From the NCBI GenBank assembly GCA_951406725.2, contig OX597828.1, positions 52,638,001 to 52,702,000 on the forward strand: a stretch of 64,000 bases of DNA, given 5' to 3'. Below the pieces are notes generated by a model, which saw only the letters and a program-made list of their open reading frames with translations, searched no databases and was not told the DNA's origin. Below, piece by piece: positions 12,701 to 27,914 of the stretch (within the stretch, counting starts at the first letter, position 1; every line of letters starts with the position of its first letter). Origin of the DNA: Octopus vulgaris (lineage: Eukaryota). The translations under genes were made by a program, and so were the position numbers.

Positions 12701-14105
12701 TGGAAGAGATTCATATGATTGACTACAGTCTTTAATGAACGATGTTAATTGTCAAAAAACAGAAAACAGCAATAGAATGAAACTATATTCCTATGAGTGC
12801 GCTAGTTTACGTATGGATGGGTGTGCGTAAATTTATGCAAAATAAACACATATTACATTATATACAAGATTTTCGGTTCCTTCTAAGAAAGTTACTGGCA
12901 AATATACACAGTCGAATATTCCACCGATGGATCGAAATTGCAGCTCGAGCGCATATCCTTTATTTTTCTCACATAAATTGATGTTTTAATATGATTATAA
13001 CACACCTGCGATAAAAAATAAAGCTGTATGGGGCACAGTTATATGTATGGGGCACATATATGTATATGCTCATGCACATCGTAACATGCAGGTATGCATA
13101 GCGTTTTAGCTATATGTTTGTATGCAAGTTTGTGCATCCAATCATTTAACATACTTCATATGGAATATGTTTATACATTTGGTCTCGCTGTATATCTTTC
13201 TATGCCAAACACCGATCAACATCGATTTACATATATGAATAGAGGCGTACGTACAAGTGTGTGTGTGAGTGTGTATGTGTGTGTGCGTGTGTGTGTGTGT
13301 GTGTATCACATATATAATACGTGTTTGTGCGTATCTATGCGCAAGCATCTCAGAGGATCACCTGCTGGCATTAGAGAATGCATGTGTGCGTCTTCGTGTG
13401 TTTCTGCGTTTTGTTTGTGATTATAAATGATTGTCTGCATGCGGTCGGATAAGTCGTACCAGAAAACCTTAATACGGTTTTGATTTACTAGAAAGCTTTT
13501 TGTTAACGATTGACTAGTTCGGTTAGCATAGAAAACTTCAGTGGCGTCTATAGATGTAAACATATTCAGCTCTTATTTTTTGTAGCACATCTCCAACATA
13601 AAGATGTGTTGAGTTATGGGGAGAAATATGACCTGTTGTTTTTTGGCAATATGCATGTTGCACATCTACAGGATACTCTCAAACATCTCTGCTCTTCTCT
13701 TTATTCGTCTGAAGAACCTCAATAATTTCGATGTTTGACTACGTTTCTTTCTTTTAACGTAACTGGTTTGCTTTGTTTAGAAAAGTTATGAACGCAATAC
13801 AGCAAACTCAAATATTGTCAGAGCTTTACCTGCAATTTTGACCGATAATTAAGTTCCCGTTTTCCCTGTCTGTTGTTTTTGTAGTGTTAATGATTATGTT
13901 TCTAGACGTCGAACTAATCCCCATCTAGCAGATCTGTTCCAAGCATGACCATCCTTGCAGTTTGCATACCTGGAGCTTCTTTATCTGATGTATTCTACTT
14001 TATAAAACACGATATCCAGCGAATTGAAGATTTGGTCGCTCTTTCAGTTAAATTGGTATGATTTGTATAATTTCCAGAAGAATCACACCCACAAAACACG
14101 AAGGG

Positions 14106-14166
<61 letters not shown>

Positions 14167-14172
14167 TGTATA

Positions 14173-14389
14173 CGAGGGGGTGCTGAAAAGTTCCTGGCCT
14201 TCGTGTTGTTGCGAAAGGCCTAGTTGGACGCCTTAACCTTCCGAATTCTTTTACAGGGCTTAGAAAAACTGAAGGACCGCCGCATTAAGTATGCGAATCT
14301 GAACGAGTGATTTGTTGAATGAAATCATAATTAACTAATCTTCCAGTATTTTCTTTTATCCAAAGACAGGAACTTTTCAACGCCCCTGG
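14173..14389. mobile_element. Mariner-derived MITE
   Basis: TIRs CGAGGGGGTGCTGAAAAGTTCCTG / CAGGAACTTTTCAACGCCCCTGG with TA on both sides. Confidence 0.8.
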
Positions 14390-14442
<53 letters not shown>

Positions 14443-14679
14443 CTGGGTATGCCAGCCATTAGACTGCAGCCTTCGGTGAGGCTCCAGCGTTCGGGAGCGT
14501 GAAATCATTCCTTAATCAACATTACCTCCAGTTATGTTCTGACCCGGAACGATAGTACTTGTCAGGGTCTCATCTAGAAGTTAAATAAACTTCCTAGGAG
14601 TAGGGAAGACTCTCTTTATTTTTGACAAACCCGAGGGAGTGTCAGTTCTTCTTAGAGAAAAATTCTCTGACATAAAACT

Positions 14680-14920
14680 TGCCGTGGTGGAGGACAAAAA
14701 CATACACAGAGACGGACACATGCCCTTCACACACACACACACATGCACATACACACATATGTATACACGACAGGCTTCTTTCAGTTTCCGTCCACCAGAT
14801 CTACTCACAAGGCTTTGGTCGGTCTGAGGCTATAGCAGATGACACTTTCCTAAGGCTCTACTCATTGGGTCAGAACCCGTAAGCATGCAGCTGGAAAGCA
14901 AACTGCTTACCACAAGTCAC
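14680..14920 (-). mobile_element. SINE family A, degenerate partial copy
   Basis: GGCTTCTTTCAGTTTCCGTC...CACAAGGCTTTGGTCGG block. Confidence 0.8.
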
Positions 14921-15444
14921 GGTTGTTAGGCATTAGGTCTTAGGCCTGTTCGTTCAGGACTGATATGATGTAAAACAACAAAGGTCTCAACTTCCTACAT
15001 TTCACTACAGAGTTGTTTAGATTGACAATACAGTACAAGAAGTCAATGAACTTTATTGAAAGGAAGTCAAGTTGTTTTCCTGCGTATTGAAAGTGCAGGA
15101 CATCTGTACCGCTGCACCATTGTAGAGGATTTTGACTCAAGCTGAGCGAACACCTGTCAGAAAGTTTTAGAATATCACATGAACCTTTGTTGCGGCAGTT
15201 GATTGTATCGAAGTGCATTATGCAAGGTATGCCAGATGTAAAGAAAAACTGCTTTTCTTTTGCACTCGTTCTCTAGCGTCACTGACCTGCGATATCGAGA
15301 TTTTGTGCACCAAGATGGATTTGTGTGCAATACCTCCTGAAGTCCTAACATTAAAACAGAATTTGTAACGAATACTTCCATGTCAGGCGGGGCCTGTTGC
15401 GATATCAGCTGCTCTATTACAAACACAATAGACTTTGTATTAGA

Positions 15445-15745
15445 CTAGTGTTTTTCAGCCGGGGTCTGATAAAATTTTTGAGTCTCCACGCAAGCAAAAT
15501 AGTAAGCTGGGTCCATAAAAAAATTAGTTTAAATCTGTTTATTGCTAGAAACAGCCTCATTTCTTTCTGTAACTTTTTACGCAGTTCAGCCTACACCACT
15601 TAATGTGTGAAAAATAAAATTAGAATTTTGAAAGAAGTATATGTGAAACTAATTTTTAAACTTTGAGTGGTGTTGTGAGTCCACTAAAATAAAGCAGTAA
15701 TCAAATGGGTCCCGTAGGTAAAAGATAGTTGAGGACTACTACGTT
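15445..15745. mobile_element. hAT-like MITE (degenerate)
   Basis: Ends CTAGTGTTTTTCAGCCGGGGTC ... GGGTCCCGTAGGTAAAAGATAGTTGAGGACTACTA match the ends of the element at 51133-52026. Confidence 0.55.
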
Positions 15746-16372
15746 AGACAAAAGATACGCTACTACTCAGTAAGCAGAGGAGGGGAGACTATGTGCCGTC
15801 ACTCTGTCTGTAGGAATAACTGAAATCTTTCTCTAGACACACCCTAAAGTATTCTAGGTGGATGGCCACATTTAGCATTGAAGCCCAAGATATACCATAT
15901 GAAAATACAACTTGGTCTCGACGAGAAAAGATTTGTTCGTAGTTCCCCAGAAAAAAGGCTGAAGTGGAACTAAACCACCGCCATCATCATCATCACCACC
16001 ACCACCACCACCACCACCACATCAGGACAAATACGACTGCCAGATTACGATAATTTACTCGTAAAACTCGTAAAACACTCGAGTGCACAATCGAACCCTA
16101 TAGAAGTTTCTTTGAACTATCAATACAAATAAATACGGTAAGACGGTAACATATTCGCGTTATTGCTGCAGCAATTGCTACTGTAGTAGTATTAGTAGTA
16201 GTAGTAGTAATAGTAGTAGTAGTAGTAGTAGTAGTAGTAGATGTTGATGTTGTTGTTGTTTAACCCCCTGACATGGTTTGATCCGGTAGACTAGTATTCA
16301 ACGACACTCAAGTCATGATTCTCCTGTCAATTTTAAGGGCTATTTAAGACTGCTTACTCTAAGGTGTCAGAC

Positions 16373-16590
16373 GAGGCGACGAGCTGAGCTGGCAGAATCG
16401 TTAGCACCACCGGGCGAAATACTTAACAGTATTTCGGTTGCCGCTACGTTCTGAGTTCAAATTCCGCCGCGGTCAACTTTGCTTCCTGTCGGAAACTATG
16501 AAATAAGTACCAGTTACGTACTGGTTCGATGTAATGGACTAACTTCCTCCCCTCAAATTTCAGGCCTTGTGCCTATAGTAGAAAGGATTA
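16373..16590 (+). mobile_element. SINE family B variant with a different 3' tail
   Basis: GAGCTGGCAGAATCGTTAGCA head, TGAGTTCAAATTCC B box, tail GCCTTGTGCCTATAGTAGAAAGGATTA. Confidence 0.8.
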
Positions 16591-16600
16591 CCTTACTTCA

Positions 16601-16986
16601 GTGGAGGCGCAATGGCCCAGTGGTTAGGGCAGCGGACTCGCGGTCATAGGATCGCGGTTTCGATTCCCAGACCGGGCGTTCTGAGTGTTTATTGAGCGAA
16701 AACACCTAAAAAGCTCCACGAGGCTCCGGCAGGGGATGGTGGTGATCCCTGCTGTACTCTTTCACCACAACTTTCTCTCACTCTTACTTCTTGTTTCTGT
16801 TGTACCTGTATTTCAAAGGGCCGGCCTTGTCACTCTCTGTGTCACGCTGAATATCCACGAGAACTACGTTAAGGGTACACGTGTCTGTGGAGTGCTCAGC
16901 CACTTACACGTTAATTTTACGAGCAGGCTGTTCCGTTAATTCGGATCAACCGGAACCCTCACCGTCGTAACCGACGGAGTGTTTCC
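16601..16986 (+). mobile_element. tRNA-derived SINE family C (resembles octopus OR-type SINEs), tail type a
   Basis: A box TGGCCCAGTGG, B box GTTTCGATTCC; TSD ACCTTACTTCA at 16590-16600 and 16987-16997; near-identical copy at 50202. Confidence 0.92.
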
Positions 16987-18241
16987 ACCTTACTTCAGAG
17001 AGAAATCTAGCAATTATTTCTAGCAGTTGGAGCGACTAACGTTGGGGCTCCGTATACGACTTGGTATAATGGCTACCACTCTTAATGTAGTTGTTATGGA
17101 TGATGCAGTTGTTCTTCCTATTCTTGTCGTAGTCTTTGTTGTTAATCCACCGCTAAGAAATTACTTACCAAATTAATGTCTGAACAACAAGCTGCCATAT
17201 GCAAACCCATCCAATCTCATTTAGATCATCACTCCCGGACTGTAGATCTTCTTTAAATAATTACATTGTAATTACATTATCTCAGCCGATTATCTTAATG
17301 ATCAAACGCACTGCTACAACAATAGGGGCGTGATTTAGAAACAAATACAAAAGAACATAAAAGAAGGGAAATGATTAGATCTTGTTTACACATAAAATAT
17401 ATTAGTGATGTTGTACCGTAAGCCATCGATCGAGAGTAGCTCAGTTTGTTTAGAAATAGCAGCCAAGTCGTCCACATATCGCACCACACTGTTATGACAG
17501 TTTAATGGATAATATAATCCTAGATATACTGCCTGAATAAGAGGTGGGATGATCATATCTGGAACGCCTTTTGCTACATGGGTTTGTCTCCTGAATCACA
17601 GATAACTTTGGGCTACCAACAAAAACAAGCCGGTCGCTATTGGCGAGAAATAATTTTACTCACAACATTAGATATACAGATATGTATGTACGTGCGTATG
17701 TATGTATGTATGCATGTATGTATGTATGTATGTATGTATGTATGTATGTATGTATGTATGTATTTATGTATGTATGTATGTATGTATTTATGTATGTATG
17801 TATGTATGTATGTATGTATGTATGTATGATTGAATGTATATATTTTTCTGTTTGTATATAGACGTAAGCATCAACTTTGGACATCAGATTAGAGTACGGT
17901 TAATATTGCATTAACCATTGAGCTTAAATGCCATATCTATTTATATATATATATATAAATACGTAAGTGTGTGCATGTATATGTATGCATATACGTATAT
18001 AGAGCTCGAAGCATTCAGATTAATAAATATCACCCATGAGGATGTATAACCCCTCTTCCATCTGGTCCCGAAGATAACTTATTTAATATTTGTACATAAA
18101 ATATCATATTTTACAAACCTAAAATAAATTTCGAATTAAACTCCAGTTTATCTTTAAGCTCCTAGTCGGAACTTCAAAATAGGTAGATTACTTCTCTTCT
18201 TATGATTAGTCAACCGTGAAACACTTTATACATATATATAT

Positions 18242-18416
18242 AGGTGCAGGAGTGGGTGTGTGGTAAGTAGCTTGCTTACCAACCACATGGTTCCGGGTTC
18301 ATTCCCATTGCGTGGCATCTTGGGCAAGTGTCTTCTACTATAGCCTCGGGCCGACCAAAAACTTGTGAGTGGACTTGGTAGACGGAAACTGAAAGAAGTC
18401 CGTCGTATATATGTAC

Positions 18417-18499
<83 letters not shown>

Positions 18500-18500
18500 G
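18242..18500 (+). mobile_element. SINE family A, 5' half
   Basis: Head AGGTGCAGGAGTGG...GGTTCATTCCC and body up to the TG microsatellite. Confidence 0.9.
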
Positions 18501-18529
18501 TCTAAGTATCGAAAAGATCAAAATAATAC

Positions 18530-19331
18530 TGCCATCTCATTTTAACAGATATATTTGCCTAAATTACATAAATATATCTTGAAATATTAAAGATTACATT
18601 TTTTCAATAAATTCGCCTTTGGCTTGAACCACAGGCTCCAGAAGATTTCGAAATCTCCTGCAACACTTTTGGACCGTCTCCTTGTTTAAGTTGGTGAATC
18701 TTTGGCTTTACAAGGAGTTTTGTTAGTCTCCCGCTCAAATGCGCCCCTCATATAATAATAATGAAGGGGCTTGCAGTCTGGTGAGTTAGGTGGTCAGATG
18801 GTAGGGATGACATGGTCGCAGAAATTGTCTGACAGCCATGACTGGTTTTTACTACATGTGTGTCATGGTGCTGAGTCCTGTTGCCAGACATAGTGTCTTC
18901 CAGCATCCACTCTTTTCACCCAGGGCAGCACCACCCCCTCCAAGCACTTAATGCACGCCTCCGTGTTGAGTGTGAGGCCGTGTGGAAAGATGAATGCATG
19001 CATAACATAGCTATCACTAGTGATCACTCCAAACACCATAATGTTGGCTGGATGTTTGGTTTTTATCACTCTCGCTACATGATTTGGGGACACGGTAAAC
19101 ACTCAGATTGACACCCAAACACTCTGAAATGTTCATATTAGAGCTTCCCGTGCGAATGTCATGCGGTACAGCATGTCGTTTCCAAAGTGAATTGCTTCAT
19201 GGTGACTTTTTTCTCACAGACGGTGCTCAACAGACCCTACTATACTGTAAAATCGACAAAATCAAAAGCAAACAATTCGCATGCTCAAAATTAAAAATAT
19301 AAAATAGCGGCAATTTACCCATCACACATTG
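18530..19331 (-). mobile_element. Decayed maT/DD37D-like mariner transposon
   Basis: KTKHPANIMVFGVITSD...LEGVVLPWVKRV...YVWQQDSAP is a catalytic-domain fragment; TIR-like end with TA at about 19331. Confidence 0.85.
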
Positions 19332-19431
19332 TATATATGTGTGTATATGTGTATATGTAATATATATATATATATATATATATATGTGCGTGTGTGTGTG
19401 TGTGTGTGTATGTATATATATATATATGTGC

Positions 19432-19478
<47 letters not shown>

Positions 19479-20008
19479 TATATATATATATGTATATATA
19501 TATATATGTATGTATGTATGCATGTATGCATGCATGTGCGCATGCATGTGTGCATCAAAGCAAAACAACGAACACCCTTTTTTTTATATAATCCTGGCTT
19601 TCCATCCTGCGTATGTGCATTGATACAAGAATAATTGTGAAGATGTCGGTGGTTGGTGTCACAGTCGCCAGTTGAAACACATGAATAGACCAAATTTATT
19701 GAGGTCAATTTTTTTTTTTTTTTTATTATTCTCTGTGATTTAACAGGAAAAAAAAAAGTCGTTGATATTTATATAGTGAAAAGAAATCGTTACTGAAGTC
19801 GATAAAAGTTGTTTGATGGCACAGCGTGCGACAGTTTGTGTGTTAATGTGTTTATATCCGTGTCAGTCTTGTCTCAGACTTTATAGGGTCAGGGAGCGCC
19901 TGTGGGGTCTTTAGTGCTTTTCCGTGTATTTCGTTTATACAACAGCATGTGCAGTGTCTTTAATTGTTATGTATGAATTAATGTGTGTGTTCCCGCGCAC
20001 GCGTATAC

Positions 20009-20062
<54 letters not shown>

Positions 20063-20658
20063 TGATTGGTTTGAGCCATGTTGCGTATTTGATCTCCCAA
20101 CTCCAATGTAGTCCAAACACATGCAGTATATAAAAATATAGAATCTACTTTTTATTTATGTGTATATTCGTGTACGGAATATTTTTATGTAACGGCTGCA
20201 ATATGATCTATATGCTTTATTTCATTCGATTTTTTTCCCGTCGCGTGTGTTTAACTCCGACCCTTTCCCCGTAGTCTTGTATTCTAGCATAAATGCTTAT
20301 CCCAGTAAGTTATGTAAAGAGTTTTATACATAATATTAAATTTTTACGCCATCGGTTCGTATATTTTAATCACTAAGACAGGGATCGGCGAACCAGGGAA
20401 AATTACCTCAAGCAGGATTAAAAATTAAATTCTTGGGGGTAATGCAGACACATTAGACATAAAAAAAACGAGTTCCTTGTTACGACAGAACTTTTTCGTT
20501 TACCAATACTTCATATGTCCAATGTATATATATATATATATATTGGGAATGGTAGATGAGATCAGCAAAAATTTATATATATATATATATATATATATCT
20601 TGAGGCACAAGAATTTAGTATGGTATTATTCCATAGAATTTCAAAGTAAGGTGATTAA

Positions 20659-20845
20659 AATCCAAATAAGCAACAAGGATATCCAGAGGTAATGCTGTAC
20701 GATCGTTTCAAGCAACTCCATTTAATTGAACGATGCAATCATTACATCAATTTAAAATATCCTTTAATGATTGCATCGTTCAATTAAAGGGAGTTGCATG
20801 AAACGATCGTACTGCATTACCTCTGGACATCCTTGTTGCTTATTT

Positions 20846-20850
<5 letters not shown>
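20659..20850. repeat. Long inverted repeat (about 85-bp arms, 20-nt spacer) between (TA)n tracts
   Basis: ATCCAAATAAGCAACAAGGAT...GATGCAATCATTA is mirrored by TAATGATTGCATC...ATCCTTGTTGCTTATTTTGAT with few mismatches. Confidence 0.95.
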
Positions 20851-20885
<35 letters not shown>

Positions 20886-21179
20886 TCAGTAAGCCTTTTG
20901 AATTAAAAGAATCTCTGATTTTCTTTCTTTCAAATCAAAGAGGGTAATATCGGCGCAAATAAATATATTCTGGGGTAACTAGTTAACATACTTCCCCAAC
21001 CTCTGCACTAAAACATGGTGCATTAATAACTTAACAAGTTTTCGGCTGTTAAAAATTTCGCGATCCTGTTACGTAATTTCACATTCTTGTGAAGTGTACT
21101 CCATTTTGTGCATGCGCCTGCTAGTATACCTCGTAGCTGATACAGCATACACCAGTTATAATGCCCCAAAGCTAACAAA

Positions 21180-21700
21180 TTGCATTGCATTACATTACAC
21201 ATCCCGTAGTCTGACTGATCGTTGGGTTACCACTGATGTTCTTACGACCAGATCCCTCCACCCGTCTCTGCCTTCTGCCTCTTGCAATGCTTCTTCTATC
21301 TTTATGCCTGTCCACTCACAGATGTTTTCTTATCCCTTTGTCTGTTTACCTCTCCATCTGCCACCTTTGAGTGTTCCTTGAAGGATTATTTTGACCATCC
21401 CTGATGAGCAAGGGACATGCCCAAACAACCTGAGCTCGAGTTTCTTTACTGTATTAAGAAGTTCCTCTTAGGGCCTTATTGTCTGCCTTATTCGTCTTTT
21501 CACTTCCTCATGTGTGAATTGATCTCTGTATGATACTCTGATGCATTTCATCACTTGAAACATTTCATCTCTATAGCCTGCATTCTTCTTCCGATTTCTG
21601 CTGTGTCCATGTCTCACAGGCGTACAGGAATATTGATATCACTAGTGATCTCATTAGCCTAATTTTTGAGCTCAGTGAGATATTTGTCTTTCCACAATGG
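21180..21700 (-). mobile_element. Decayed 3' end of an RTE-clade LINE
   Basis: Minus frames give NISLSSKIRLMRSLVISIFLYACETWT and LRLFGHVPCSSGMVKIILQGTLKGGR, with stops and frameshifts; short TGTAA/TGCAA tandem tail. Confidence 0.85.
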
Positions 21701-21935
21701 TCATTGCTGATTCGGTGCTTGCTGATTTGATCAAGCTGACACATCATACGTCAGTTTGATTACCCTGAAGTTGACAATATCGTCAGTGGTATTTTCTTCA
21801 CAGAAACTGTGCCTTTGATTCTATTTTGGAAAGGTAAACCCTGAACCGTCACCTGTTGTTCTAGTGATAGATAGATAGATAGATAGATAGATAGTTAGAT
21901 AGATAGATAGAAAGATAGATAGATAGATAGATAGT

Positions 21936-22025
<90 letters not shown>

Positions 22026-22122
22026 CACGCACAAATAAATGAATTACAAACGATAGATAAATGTAAATTCATTACAGCTGTTTCTAACGAATTTTTAATA
22101 TATAATTGTCTGTATGTACGTT

Positions 22123-22153
<31 letters not shown>

Positions 22154-22155
22154 AT

Positions 22156-22317
22156 CGCAGAGGTGGTTGTGTGGTAAGAAGCTTGCTTCTTAAGCTCATT
22201 CTTCCGGGTTCAGTCCCACTGCCAGGCACCCTGGGCAAGTGTCTTGTACTATAGCCACGGGCCGACCAAGGCCTTGTGAGTGGATTTAGTACACGGAAAC
22301 TGAAAGAAGCCCGTCGC

Positions 22318-22351
<34 letters not shown>

Positions 22352-22463
22352 CTGTCTGTCTGTCTGTGTTTGTGTTTGTCCTACCGACCCAGCTAAAACT
22401 CTTTAAGGCGGTGCTCCAGCATGGCCGCTGTCAAATGACTGAAAGAAGTAAAAATTAAAAGTA
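22156..22463 (+). mobile_element. SINE family A with an internal deletion
   Basis: Head, body and GGCGGTGCTCCAGCATGGCC tail. Confidence 0.88.
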
Positions 22464-22494
22464 TACATACACACATATACGTAGGTTCTCCATC

Positions 22495-22645
<151 letters not shown>

Positions 22646-22802
22646 TACAGACACCCAACACACACACACACGTCATCTCTCATGTGGGTATTCTTATACC
22701 TAAATGTACAAATACAAACATAGAAAATCACTTTGGTGTTCATTCTTAGATCCAATAAAAACTCGATAAATGAGGGTTTAAAAAGAAATAATAATAATAA
22801 TA

Positions 22803-22938
<136 letters not shown>

Positions 22939-23200
22939 GCAAAAAAGAAATATGCTATCAACTTTGTCGTTGATATTCTTCCAGCAGTGAATCTTTTTTC
23001 ATTGTTATATTTTATTTTTTTATATTCTAATTTTATAAATTTACTTCTTTTTAGATGTTACCTGATGTCACAGCAACATGGAGTCAACAGCTGGCATTCA
23101 ACTCAGCGTAAAAAATTGATATGAACGTACATCTGAATATGTGTCCTTGCGCATAATATATAGGATACACACGCTCACACACATGCATAAACCTATTTGT

Positions 23201-23233
<33 letters not shown>

Positions 23234-23412
23234 TTCGCGCATGTTTGTGTATATATGTGTGTGTCCAGGTGTAAATATCGGTTACTAGTTGACTGATTCG
23301 CTCGTGCATTAGAGAGAACGCCTTATGTTGACTTTTCCCTCCTCAGCGTTCTGATTTCAATGTCTGAAAAGTTTGCCCATAAAATCTTTGATTTCATTCT
23401 CCTTTGGTGATC

Positions 23413-24025
<613 letters not shown>

Positions 24026-24747
24026 GAAAAAGAAAAGAGAAAATCCTTTTATTTCGACTTCAAAGTGACTTCAGACGAAACAATGTGTTTCGTGATCAAC
24101 TCAGTGTCTGATATTTTCTCGGTCTCTTCTGACTACGGAAATTCTTACCAACACATCTTTTTGATTATTCAAGCTGATGTCATAAACTTGATAATAAACT
24201 GACCATTAGTCTCCATCACTTTGATTTATGACAGGGTTGGGTTTATTGCAGCAGCTATTCTTGCGAGCAGGTAGAATGCTTACTGCGACGTTTCTTTTCT
24301 AACTCCTAATTTCGCCGAGATCGACTTTTACCTTTCATCCTGGAATCGATGTAATTGACTTGTCCTTTCCTCTAAAATGTCAACCTTTGTGCCTTTTGAA
24401 GAAAGAATTATCATAGTTGTAATTGATATTGTTTACGGTCACTGAGATTGGCATTATTAGAAGTTGTTGATGCTCGAAATTTCTTGTCTAGAAGATGCTA
24501 CGGTGGTTGATCTCATTCTCTGCTTCCATCCTCTCTACTGTAAACAAATGGGAATGCTAAACACCCTTACTAGAAAAATATAAAGACTCAGACAGTATGT
24601 CGTACAGCCAGCTGGAGACGATGCTTCCTGGGGTTAAATAACAGTAAAATTCGACTTCTACGTTTCGTTGGCAAATAATCTTTACTCTAGAGTACTGTTA
24701 CTGAATTCTCTCGTTCGGAGATTTACAAATAGAAATTTTCTATTTTA

Positions 24748-24831
<84 letters not shown>

Positions 24832-25608
24832 AGTGAGAGAGTTTGTTTGTGTGTGTGTGTAGTTTGTGGGTATCACTTGCTTAGGTAAAGTCTTTTTTTT
24901 TCTAATTAGGCTTAGAAAAGAGATATTACTGTCAAGTTTTGGGACGTTTTGTGGCACACGCACACACACACACACATAATCACACACACACACAATCACA
25001 TACACACACACACACACACAATCACACACACACACACACGCACCGGCCCAGTGTTCATTTCTCGTTCGAATTCCCTGTACATACTTTTCCAAACACTTTT
25101 CTGCAACTCATATTCTTGTTGTTGCCACTGTTATTTTGTTAATTACTCAATGCGTTTATATATCTTCTTTCATATGAGAACACGGAGAAAGGCACACATA
25201 AGCATCATACACAAAAATACGTGTACACTTTTACACAACACAAGCAACAATTGCACACACACACACATACACACACACACGTGCGCATTGACACAGCACC
25301 AACAACAGCAACGGTTTCATTAAACGCAATATACAAAGAGCACATATACCTCACACACACCCGATCTCAATCACACACCCTTCCTCAGTCCCCTATCCTC
25401 TCTTTCACTTTCTCCTCCTAATTCTCTCCTCTCTTTCTCTCTCGCTATCCCCTCTTTCTCCCTTTCCTTTACCCTCTCCCTTTTAACCCTCTCCCTCTCT
25501 CCATCTCTCTCCCCCTCTCTATATCTCTCTCTGTCTCTCCACTGCTACCTGGACGTTTGTGTGACTGATACGCTGATTTCTCAGTCTATCTTAATTCTAT
25601 ATAGTTAT

Positions 25609-25757
25609 AGGCGCAGGAGTGGCTGTGTGGTAAGTAGCTTGCTTACCAACCACATGGTCATGGGTTCAGTCCCACTGCGTGGCACCTTGGGCAAGTGTCT
25701 ACTATAGGCCCGGGCCGACCAAAGATTTGGTAGACGGAAACTAAAAGAAGCCCATCG

Positions 25758-25809
<52 letters not shown>

Positions 25810-26019
25810 TCATTGTGTGTCTTTGTCCCCTCAGCATCGATTGACAATCCATGCTGGTGTGTTTACGTCTCCGTAATTTAGCGGTTCGGCAAAAGAGACC
25901 GATAGAATAAGTACTAGGCTCATAAAGAATAAGTCCTGGGGTAGATTTGCTCGACTAAAGGCTGTGCTCCAGCATGGCCGCGGTCAAATGACTGAAACAA
26001 GTAAAAGAGTAAAAGAGAA
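25609..26019 (+). mobile_element. SINE family A, near full length
   Basis: AGGCGCAGGAGTGGCTGTGTGG head through the GTAAAAGAG tail. Confidence 0.92.
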
Positions 26020-26914
26020 TCTGTCGGTCAGTTTATACTTTTTTCCGTGGGTTTCCTCTCGTTAATATCTTCCTAAAGTCGAAATCTTTTATTCCAAAAT
26101 CTCTCCTTTCCTCTATCCCTCATTCTCTCTTTCCCTCCCTTCTCCTTCTCTTTTTCTCTCTGTCTCTCCGCCCTTCCCATCTCCCTCTCAGTATATATAT
26201 ATATGTCTCTGTATATGTATCTCTTTATTTCTCTAGTTCTACCTGGCTGTCTGATTGACTGGCTGAATTTTCGGTCTCTCTGTCTATTTATACTTTTCTC
26301 TTGGTTATTCCCCTTTTTAATATCTTCCTTAATATACCAGCTTCAAAATCTGTTATTCCAAAATCTCTGTTTTCCCCCTCTCTCTCTCCACCCTCTATAT
26401 TTACTCACTGCCTACAAAAAAAAAAAAGGATTCCCTGTATCTGCTCCACAAATTTCCCGTTTTCTCAGTTTCCTACTTTACCCATCATGCCTTGCTTTGA
26501 TTTTGTTTTATCTCACTTAATTTAGCTTAGATTTATTTTGTCTATTTACAGAGACATATTTGGGTTTTATCCCACGTTTTCTTTCCATTTCTTTTTTTAT
26601 TGTTTACATGTTTGTTTATTCTAAACGCTTTCCAACAACATTTTATTTCACACTTTTATTCATCCTATTGTTTCATTCTTTTCTCTCTTCCTTTCTGCCT
26701 TCCCATCTCTTTGTTTTGTGTTATTTTTCTCCGTTTAATCCACGCAGATGTCAGAAATCATGAAAGCACCTTTTAAAAATAGTCCTACTCTATTTAACAC
26801 AATCAACTTGCATCCAATAAATGTTTGGCTTTTTGATTTCCTTCTTGGGGATGATAATGCTGTTGTTTTTGTTGTTGCTGCCACAGTTGATGTACATACA
26901 CACGCACACACACA

Positions 26915-26968
<54 letters not shown>

Positions 26969-27269
26969 CTCTCTCATACACACACACCTCCGTTAATTCC
27001 ATCCACATCAAAAACTGCCAGCGCCATTTTTATTATCACTACATCAAGTCTCGCCACCAATGCCGCCAATATTAAGTCCTACGATCCCTATAGATCATAG
27101 ACCTTCAAGGATTTTACCTCCACTGTTCTTAACTCTGTGGTATATTGAAACACTGCTTCCTTGCAGCTTCCATTCGGGTATTAAACTCTAATTCATGTTT
27201 CCATGAAGGGAGCCCTTCTTCTCCAAAATCTTCTAGCTTTTGAATTTACTCCGATGTGTGTAGCGTGTG

Positions 27270-27633
27270 TAGTTTGTCCGTCGATGCGATGGGGTGGGCT
27301 TGTTTTGTGAGTCCGCAGATGGCTAATGAGGCCAATCTGTTCACGAAAGAGTCTTTGACAGTGTGGACAGGGAATGGTAGCGCCTGCTACAGGTTTGTTA
27401 GCTCTGTTCTTCCTGGCTTGTCTGCAGTCCTCTGCAGCAGCGATCCTATTGGTCTCGCATGTGTTGGCACCCTTGTGGACAGCTGATCGCCACCTTTCTC
27501 TGTCAAGAGTAGACTGCTCCCAAGTGTCATGGTCGATGTTGAAAGCTTTCAGTAAGGCTTTCAGTGTGTCCTTAAAGCGCTTCTTCTGGCCGCCTTGTGA
27601 ACACTTTCCCTTTTCCAGCTCGCCAAAGAGCAA
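27270..27633 (-). mobile_element. 3' fragment of an RTE-clade (BovB/RTE-1-like) LINE
   Basis: LFGELEKGKCSQGGQKKRFKDTLK...DRERWR...CPHCQRLFREQIGLISHLRTH is the typical RTE C-terminus with a C2H2 finger. Confidence 0.9.
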
Positions 27634-27914
27634 TCTTTTTGAAAAGATTGCTCTTTACTCCGATGCCTGTTTAGTTTTCCGTTTTTTTCCCTCCATATGT
27701 GTAAGTATTGGTCCTATGCAAGCTCATTGTTACCCTTGGGAGGAGGTGATCCACATTAATCTAGCCTTTCTCCTTTGACTTGTCCGGCGTAGAAGACACT
27801 ACTTTGAACTTGCCCTTCACTAGCATAGCTTCCGAGGTCATTGAGGCACAACGAGAACTGGACCATATGGTGGACCACCACCAGAAACACTATTATCAGC
27901 AACACCTTATTACT

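Noticed and set aside
21398-21428. CTGATGAGC...AAAC hammerhead-like string
   Set aside because: It is the antisense of the RTE coding motif FGHV and lacks GAAA and stem III.
21745-21790. Minus-strand CTGACGA...CAAAC..GTA
   Set aside because: G12 is missing and the helices are only 2-3 bp; consistent with chance.
22070-22090. Minus-strand GAAACAGCTGTA, like a Penelope hammerhead stem III
   Set aside because: No upstream CUGANGA core; at most a truncated relic.
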